Shown one piece after another: positions 16,743 to 22,766 of a stretch of DNA of 22,766 bases (its first letter is position 1; each line of letters begins with the position of its first letter). Origin of the DNA: Armatimonadota bacterium (GTDB lineage Bacteria; Armatimonadota; Hebobacteria; CAIYQO01); assembly GCA_038248345.1 (NCBI GenBank), contig JBBRXO010000042.1:1-22766 (forward strand), read 5' to 3'. A program made the position numbers and the translations under genes. Under the pieces are notes generated by a model. That model was not told where the DNA came from and did not search any database. It saw only the letters and a program-made list of their open reading frames with translations.

Positions 16743-18806
16743 TTACTCTACCGACAAGTCCTTCAGGAAGGCGCTTAGCTCCTGCTGTTTGGCTAGCAGT
16801 TGTATGCGTAGCGCTTCTTGCTTGTCGCGCAGGTCTTCCAGTTTGGTCTCCTGGTCGTTCAGCTTGGTCATATAGCGTTTGTACAAATCAGAGCCATTGG
16901 TCACTGCCGCCATGTTCTGGCGGAGGCGTGTCTGCTCGTTGACGATGTCGTTGCGCTGGCGGTCATTATCAGCTACCTGGATGGTGATCTGACTGATGGA
17001 GGCCTGCATTTCCTGGGCTTTAAGCACCGCAGCGCGCACTTTGTCGCTCATTTTATTGGTGCTGCCATAGTAGGCCAGGGTATCGGCGTTGATGGAAGTT
17101 AACCCCATACTCTGCCAGGTAATATCCTCTTCGACTACTTCGAATTTCTTCGTCTCGTCGGCTTTGACGGCGATATTGAAGCGATAGAGTTTGTCCGTCG
17201 TCTCGTCGGCCTTTTTCGGTTGCACCAAGTCCCATCCGTTGTTGATAGTGTGTTCCACCATGACTTTGCGGTCTTTACCATCTTTTACACGGAAGGTGTA
17301 GGTGGCAGTGCGTTGGTTTTTATGTTGCACGGTGAAGGCACCGCCGGATATTTTGATCGCTAGCACTTGATCGGAATACTTAGTGTACTCCATTTTACTC
17401 TCGATGCCCAGGTCCATGGCGTAGCTGATCAGGCGGTCTTCTTTGGGGGCCAGGTCTTCAATTGTGGCATCACCCGCATATACGCCATTATCAAAGACGG
17501 TGATCGGGCCGCCCATTAGGTTGACGCCGGTGGTGTTGGTCACCTTCATGCCGTAGAGCGGGATAGTGGCATGGACGACGGGGTTGAAGATAGACACCTT
17601 GCTGGTGGTCACCGGGCTGGTGACGATAGGCAGCATGGCGGACTGCTGACGCGGCAGCGTCACCAGTTCGTTGATCTTATAGGAGAACGCCTGCCCCAGG
17701 TCGCTGGCAGTGGCGGCGGATTTCACGCTACTGTTTAGAGCCTCACCGGCGGTCATCCCAGCGGATATTGAATGCCGAAAGCTGCCGTTGACATAGTCCC
17801 CAGCGGGCGCTTTGCCTGCGTTTGAGTTATACATATTCTGATACGCTCCATTCCCCGTATCTCCTTTAGGTCCTTGTGGGCCCATCACTCCATCAACTGT
17901 TATACCTGTTTCCTCATTAATTGTCAGCGCTGACTCATACGCCACCGGGCGTAGCGAGGCGTAGAGCTTGGACTGCACCAGTGGGCGCTGGATGTAGAGC
18001 GGGGTGTACAAATCTTGGGCGAAGCTGATGGGGCGACCGGCGATGAGTTGCAATTGCACTTTATCCCAGTCGGAATCGCCGGTGTTCTCGACAATCGCCC
18101 ACCCTTGCAGGAAGGAGTTGTTTTCTCCAGCAGCCAGGCGGTAGCTGGTCTTCCACACCGGGGTTTTAGTGATATAGCCGACCATGACGTTGCGCTCGCC
18201 GGTGCCGATGAAGTTGAGGGTAACGGGTTTGCGCTGGTTATCCAGCCCGCTCGCCATCACCACCAGCGCGTCCTGCAGTTCTTTGTTCAGCTTCTGATCC
18301 TTCAGGCTGTAGGTGGAGATGTCATCCATGGGAACCGAGCGCAGCCCGGCATCGGTGAGCAGGTTGAGCACCTCGAAGGTGACCACTTTATCGCCCGCGG
18401 CCTTCTGCTTGGTCTCCACGCCGAGGATTTTGCCGCTGATGTCGCGGTCAGTGCGTACCGTGATCTCTACCCCACGCACGCGGTTGAGCAGAGTGCCCAT
18501 CGATGGGTTGTCATTGAGATTGACGGCGAAGGACTGCAACGTTTTGCTGATAGGGTCTTTCGCGCCGTAGGTGACGGCGCCGACTTTGCCGCCGTCGAGA
18601 TCGAGTACCATCATTGACTTGAGTAAGTCATTGATATCCTCGGTTTTGAAAGAGAGCTGAAAGGTAGCGTTGTCTTTCACCTTCCCGCTCCGTTCCATGA
18701 AGCCGACGCCGCTGGAGAACAATGTTACTCCGGTGACGGGCAAGTCTTGCGCAAAGAGCGCAGCCGCGCTGAGCAGCGCGACTAATACCAATATGTAACG
18801 TGCCAT
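16743..18806 (-). CDS. Exported DUF4139 domain-containing protein with C-terminal coiled coil
   Basis: Signal peptide, VTLFSSGVGF.ER.G, INDLLKS, PVWKTSYRL, LQGWAIVEN..DW..V.L.L.AGRPISF..DLY.P, ISYA.D, EQ.RLR.N. GGAGGAG SD before ATG 18806. Confidence 0.8.
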   Translation of the reverse strand: MARYILVLVALLSAAALFAQDLPVTGVTLFSSGVGFMERSGKVKDNATFQLSFKTEDINDLLKSMMVLDLDGGKVGAVTYGAKDPISKTLQSFAVNLNDNPSMGTLLNRVRGVEITVRTDRDISGKILGVETKQKAAGDKVVTFEVLNLLTDAGLRSVPMDDISTYSLKDQKLNKELQDALVVMASGLDNQRKPVTLNFIGTGERNVMVGYITKTPVWKTSYRLAAGENNSFLQGWAIVENTGDSDWDKVQLQLIAGRPISFAQDLYTPLYIQRPLVQSKLYASLRPVAYESALTINEETGITVDGVMGPQGPKGDTGNGAYQNMYNSNAGKAPAGDYVNGSFRHSISAGMTAGEALNSSVKSAATASDLGQAFSYKINELVTLPRQQSAMLPIVTSPVTTSKVSIFNPVVHATIPLYGMKVTNTTGVNLMGGPITVFDNGVYAGDATIEDLAPKEDRLISYAMDLGIESKMEYTKYSDQVLAIKISGGAFTVQHKNQRTATYTFRVKDGKDRKVMVEHTINNGWDLVQPKKADETTDKLYRFNIAVKADETKKFEVVEEDITWQSMGLTSINADTLAYYGSTNKMSDKVRAAVLKAQEMQASISQITIQVADNDRQRNDIVNEQTRLRQNMAAVTNGSDLYKRYMTKLNDQETKLEDLRDKQEALRIQLLAKQQELSAFLKDLSVE

Positions 18807-18834
18807 TGAAAAACTCCTCCTTCTACGAAAAATT

Positions 18835-18862
18835 GTTCCAAGTTCCAAGTTCCATGTTCCAA
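18835..18862. repeat. Tandem heptamer (GTTCCAA)x4
   Basis: gttccaa gttccaa gttccat gttccaa upstream of the DUF4139 RBS. Confidence 0.75.
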
Positions 18863-18905
18863 GGCTGGTTTAGCGTGTTTAAGTCCGTCAGCCTATTACT
18901 GATCC

Positions 18906-19031
18906 CTTCGAAAATAGATTTGGCGGCCGCTTTGTCCCATTGGTTTTACCTAACCCCCCAGCCCCCTTCCCGCGCCGGGAAGGGGGCTGGGGGGTTAGGT
19001 CGACCAAGGCTAACGCCATAGATACGTCATC
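18906..19031 (+). repeat. ~125-bp repeat, copy 1, with a perfect 25-bp central hairpin (18948-19000)
   Basis: Reverse-complement match to 21106-21230. Core ACCTAACCCCCCAGCCCCCTTCCCG-cgc-CGGGAAGGGGGCTGGGGGGTTAGGT. Confidence 0.9.
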
Positions 19032-19161
19032 AAATTTTCATCCCCATACAATGAAGCGCACTCCATTACTCCTCCTGTATATTTTGACCTTACTTCCTAC
19101 TATGACAAGATTAACACCGGCAAAGTTCCATGTTTTGGTGTTAATTTTGCACAAAGCCCTG

Positions 19162-20223
19162 TTATTTTGCAATTTCCGTCGCGAAAAGTTCGCGCAGCAG
19201 GCGGAGTTGTTGCCGTTGGTCGAAGAGTTGGGTGACACGGGCGCGTCCGGCTTTGCCCATGGCGGCGGCGCGCTCCGGGTGGCGCAGCAGTTGTTGTATG
19301 GCTTCCGCTAGCGCTGCCGGGTTCTCTGGTGGCAGCAGAATACCGGTGACGCCATCCCCCACCACCTCGGGGAGTCCGCCGACATTCGTGGCCACCACCG
19401 GCCGCGCTAACGCCATTGCCTCGATGGCGGATAAGCAGAAACCTTCCTTGCGCGAAGGCATTAGCACAATATCGCAGGCGCGCATCAGCGGGCGCGGGTC
19501 GGACTGAAAGCCACAGAATTCCACATTGCGGCCTATTCCCAGCCGCTCTACCTGCATGCCCAGTTCTTCCCGGCACCGTCCATCTCCCACTATTATCAGC
19601 TTCAGGTTGGGGATAATCGGCAGCAGTTGCGTAAGTGCATCCAGGGCCACATCCTGCCCTTTCTCCGGGACCAGACGCCCGAATATCCCCACCAGCGGAT
19701 CGCCGGGGAGGTGGGCAACTTCTACTTTCGCCGCTGCCAGCACCTGCGGGACGTAATCTGCCAGGGTGATGCCGTTGTGGAGTACACTGATACGAGTCTC
19801 GGGGACATCCTGGGCCACGAAATGTGACTTCACCGCATTGGAGACGGCGATCAAACGTGGCGGAAAGCGATACCAGAAGGCGCTGGTGAAGCCGTGCAAG
19901 GTGGCCACGCAGGGGATGCCCGCAGCCCGGGCGGCAAGTGCGCCGATGAAGGTGGCGGAGGTAAGATGGGTGTGGATTAACTCGATATTACGCTCGCGGA
20001 TTAGTCGTACCAGGCGAAAAACCGAGACCGGGTCTACTTTGCCGCTTGTCTTCCAGCTCACGGGGTCTAATTCGTGATCATGCAGATATTTGGTAAAAGG
20101 TCGGCCCGTGGGGGAGAAGACCGTGACCTCGTCACCGGCTTTGCGTAATTCGCGCACCAGCCGTGCCACGTACATCTCGGCTCCGCCGATATGTGAGGGG
20201 GTTATCAGCTCCAGAATTCGCAT
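19162..20223 (-). CDS. GT4 family glycosyltransferase
   Basis: GGAE, LIHTH, IAVS, LHNGI, GRLVPEKG, PSRKEGFCLSAIEAMA (EX7E), TNVGGLPEVV. Confidence 0.92.
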   Translation of the reverse strand: MRILELITPSHIGGAEMYVARLVRELRKAGDEVTVFSPTGRPFTKYLHDHELDPVSWKTSGKVDPVSVFRLVRLIRERNIELIHTHLTSATFIGALAARAAGIPCVATLHGFTSAFWYRFPPRLIAVSNAVKSHFVAQDVPETRISVLHNGITLADYVPQVLAAAKVEVAHLPGDPLVGIFGRLVPEKGQDVALDALTQLLPIIPNLKLIIVGDGRCREELGMQVERLGIGRNVEFCGFQSDPRPLMRACDIVLMPSRKEGFCLSAIEAMALARPVVATNVGGLPEVVGDGVTGILLPPENPAALAEAIQQLLRHPERAAAMGKAGRARVTQLFDQRQQLRLLRELFATEIAK

Positions 20224-20957
20224 CAGCGCCCCTCTTTCGCAAAGGCGCGCGCGATCTTGTTATGCAAGACCAGCGGCAACGTGTTCCAGCGCATATTCAC
20301 GCGCAAGACGGAGAATCGGTCCGCTGTCGGGCGCTGCGGCCAGGGGGTGGCATCCTTCAACTTGGTAGCGGTGGCCAGGGTGTAGCCCGCGTCGATGACC
20401 GCCTGGCGCACCCGGGTATCCCAGTTGCCGTAGGGATAAGAGAAGGCAGTAACTCGCCTGCCGGTCAGCTCTGTAAGCCGCGCGCCGCTGTAAGCCACTT
20501 CGCTATAGAGGCTAGCGTCATCAAGGTGCGTCAGGCGCGGGTGGGTGAGAGTGTGTGCGCCCATTGCCATCCCGTCGCGTGCCAGCGAACGCAGCTCGTT
20601 TTCGCTCAGCATCGGCACTTCGATATCGCCCTCCTGCTGATCCCATTCGTTAGTTCTACCGATGCCGTCCACCACCACAAAGAGTGTCGTCGGCACTTTA
20701 AGTTCGCGGAGAATCGGCCAGGCGATCTCCCCTACTGAGGCATAACCATCGTCGATGGTCACCGTGAAGTATCCCGTGGCATAGGCGGGGTCGGTGACAA
20801 TCTGCGTCAACGTCGCCGCCTGATACCCGCGCGCGAACATTGAGCGTAATTGCCCCCGCAATAACCCCGCGGTGACGTACTGCCCACTCACGGTAGACCG
20901 GTTAAATGGACTACCGAAGCGATGATACAACAAAATTACCGAAGGCATTGACCCCAT
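20223..20957 (-). CDS. Polysaccharide deacetylase (CE4, IcaB-like)
   Basis: ILLYH, VTIDDGY, GAHTLTHPRL, FSYPYG. 1-nt overlap with the GT4 start. Confidence 0.9.
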   Translation of the reverse strand: MGSMPSVILLYHRFGSPFNRSTVSGQYVTAGLLRGQLRSMFARGYQAATLTQIVTDPAYATGYFTVTIDDGYASVGEIAWPILRELKVPTTLFVVVDGIGRTNEWDQQEGDIEVPMLSENELRSLARDGMAMGAHTLTHPRLTHLDDASLYSEVAYSGARLTELTGRRVTAFSYPYGNWDTRVRQAVIDAGYTLATATKLKDATPWPQRPTADRFSVLRVNMRWNTLPLVLHNKIARAFAKEGR

Positions 20958-21105
20958 ATTATTATGTTACAGAATACGGGCGGGGGGGCAAACGTCGAAC
21001 GCTTGGTAATTTTTCGCAAAAACATGGAATGTTAAATTTTACCAGTATTGACAGTGAGAATAATTGTAGGATTATTTAGTTTGAAGGAGTCAGTAATAAA
21101 ACCCG

Positions 21106-21230
21106 GATGTTGTATCAATGGCGTTAGCCTTGGTATATCTACCCCCCCAACCCCTTCCCGGCGCGGGAAGGGGGTTGGGGGGGTAGATAAAACCAATGGG
21201 GCAAAGCGTCCGCAAAATCTATTTTCGAAG
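21106..21230 (-). repeat. ~125-bp repeat, copy 2 (inverted relative to copy 1)
   Basis: Shares CTTCGAAAATAGATT..CCCATTGGTTTTA..hairpin..ACCAAGGCTAACGCCAT.GATAC with 18906-19031. Confidence 0.9.
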
Positions 21231-21240
21231 AAGGTGAATA

Positions 21241-21597
21241 ATGTTTTTTCTAGCAAAAACTATCGCTTATACAGTTATGACGGCTCCTTTGATCCTCGGA
21301 TACGTTTTATTGGGTGATTACCTGCGTGATAACGGGAAAGAGACCGAGAGTGCAATGACCCTCGACTACGCCGCAGACGATTCAATAGATAACATTCTCG
21401 TACAGACGCCCCAATATGTCATCACTGAAGGAAGACCAACGTCTTCATTCTGGACGAGCACCAGCTCTCCGCCGAAAAATTCAGTGGAGCATAGCGCTTT
21501 CCAGTCATGGTCGTCGAATACTACCGTCGATGCGGAGGTGGGAGCCACGAAATCAGCGGCATCTCCAACGCGAGATAGAGACGTCTCACCGCATTAA
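21241..21597 (+). CDS. Hypothetical protein with N-terminal hydrophobic segment and Ser/Thr-rich tail
   Basis: AAGGTG SD before ATG; fills the gap before the HAD gene; no recognised family. Confidence 0.45.
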   Translation: MFFLAKTIAYTVMTAPLILGYVLLGDYLRDNGKETESAMTLDYAADDSIDNILVQTPQYVITEGRPTSSFWTSTSSPPKNSVEHSAFQSWSSNTTVDAEVGATKSAASPTRDRDVSPH

Positions 21598-21680
21598 TCG
21601 CCTCATATGCAGGTGGTCTTACTCCCCCCATTCGTGCTATATTTAGCCAGCAGATAATGAATGAACAGGGGTGATTGACC

Positions 21681-22346
21681 ATGCTTACTCCCGCACAATG
21701 CGGTGTTATATTTGACCTGGATGGGGTGATTGTCGATACCAAGGAAGCGCATCACGCCTCTTTCTCCCAGCTGGGCGCGGAGGTGGGTTATTCCATCAGC
21801 TCCGAGCAGTTCCAGCATATCTTCGGCATGCACAATAACAGTATCTTCCCCTATCTCTACGGGTGCCAATTACAGGCCGCCGAGATTGAGATGCTGGCGG
21901 ATCGCAAAGAGGCGCTCTTTCGTGCGGTAATCCACGGTAAAATTACCGCGCTGCCCGGAGTGACGGAGTTGCTCCCGGCGCTGGTGGCGGCGGGTTTCAA
22001 GCTCGCTATCGGTACCTCTACCCCGCTGGCCAATGTCGATTTGATCCTCGGTGAGCTGAATTTCGCCCAATATTTCACCGCCATTAGCAGCGCGGAGGAT
22101 GTGACTATCGGCAAGCCCAATCCGCAGGTCTTCCTCATCGCGGCCCAGCGCCTAGGCATCGCCCCCGCGCGCTGCGTGGTGGTAGAGGACGCCATCGCCG
22201 GGGTAGACGCGGCGCTGGCCGGCGGCATGGTACCGCTGGCCGTCACCACCAACCACCCCCGCCCCGCGCTGGAGCACGCCGCCCGCGTAGTAGACTCACT
22301 AGCCGAGGTGGGACCAGCGGAGATGCTGGGGTTGCTGCAGGGGTGA
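21681..22346 (+). CDS. HAD family phosphatase (beta-phosphoglucomutase-like, subfamily IA)
   Basis: IFDLDGVIVDT, GTS, GKPNP.VF, VVEDA..GV.AA. AGGGGTG SD before ATG 21681; TGcTATATT box at 21635-21643. Confidence 0.9.
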   Translation: MLTPAQCGVIFDLDGVIVDTKEAHHASFSQLGAEVGYSISSEQFQHIFGMHNNSIFPYLYGCQLQAAEIEMLADRKEALFRAVIHGKITALPGVTELLPALVAAGFKLAIGTSTPLANVDLILGELNFAQYFTAISSAEDVTIGKPNPQVFLIAAQRLGIAPARCVVVEDAIAGVDAALAGGMVPLAVTTNHPRPALEHAARVVDSLAEVGPAEMLGLLQG

Positions 22347-22438
22347 AGGTAGGTTAACATCATTCCCGATTGTAGAGGCGCATAAAAAAGGACAGTCCTT
22401 GCCGCTCCTATACCACCCCCTGAAGGAGGTGGCTAACA

Positions 22439-22483
22439 ATGGCAAGCACGCTGAAGCGCGCTATTTTACTAGCGGTAGGTTGA
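22439..22483 (+). CDS. Candidate 14-aa peptide MASTLKRAILLAVG
   Basis: Consensus SD AAGGAGGT (22423-22430) 8 nt before ATG; SD and start region lie in predicted stems. Confidence 0.3.
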   Translation: MASTLKRAILLAVG

Positions 22484-22766
22484 AACAGTTTGATCTTTCG
22501 ACCCATTGGCGGAATTGCATAGCGCGGGTGGAGCGCACGCGGTACCCCACGGCGAGGATGGCGTCGAGGTTGTAGTGTTTCACATCGCGATGCACTTCGC
22601 GCGTGCCTTCGCGGCGAACTTGTAAGTAATCCTTACAAGTTCGCCGTTTCATTTATCTCACTTTCTTCGTAAAGCGCTTTCAGGTGCATCGTGATATTCT
22701 GTGGCGTCGTTTGGAACAACTCGGCCATTAATGCCTGCGTGAGCCAGAGCGTCTCTTGCTCGAAAC
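22461..22766 (-). pseudogene. RhuM-family (virulence RhuM / DNA-binding) gene remnant, frameshifted and truncated; 5' end outside the window
   Basis: Upstream frame reads ETLWLTQALMAELFQTTPQNITMHLKALYEESEI. After a +1 shift at ~22641 it continues TCKDYLQVRREG.R.V...VKHYNLDAILAVGYRVRS.RA.QFRQW, then loses similarity and stops. Confidence 0.85.

Noticed and set aside
18800..19311. ORFs across the 125-bp repeats (also 21032-21317)
   Set aside because: Pro/Gly-rich translations of the palindrome, not credible proteins.
1..22766. CRISPR array, tRNA/rRNA, transposase or integrase genes
   Set aside because: No regularly spaced repeats, cloverleafs or recombinase motifs seen.

Overview
Bacterial chromosomal window, GC-rich backbone. 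Gene content and an outer-membrane-type protein suggest a diderm Terrabacterium such as Armatimonadota (inference only). The backbone is mostly minus-strand: GH116 glycosidase, metW, hpf, ispDF, PIN/TRAM (yacL), a Cache-HAMP histidine kinase, murE, DUF167, a YjbH-like exported protein, a lipoate ligase-family protein, a metallophosphoesterase, DUF4139, a GT4 glycosyltransferase, a polysaccharide deacetylase and a HAD phosphatase. The strongest candidate system is an AT-rich three-gene cassette (15226-16646): ADP-ribosyltransferase-like toxin, small antitoxin with an aromatic/AA-ending tail, and SecB-like chaperone. This is a TAC / CmdTAC-like anti-phage architecture, and it appears to have inserted into a terminator hairpin, duplicating one arm. 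Other observations: a doubly frameshifted MTase-Mrr fusion; a rhuM remnant whose frameshift perfects a palindrome; 125-bp covarying inverted repeats around the GT4/deacetylase pair; a candidate type I toxin-antitoxin micro-locus; a probable ACG start for ispDF; and recurrent leaderless genes behind TGnTAnAAT-type promoters.
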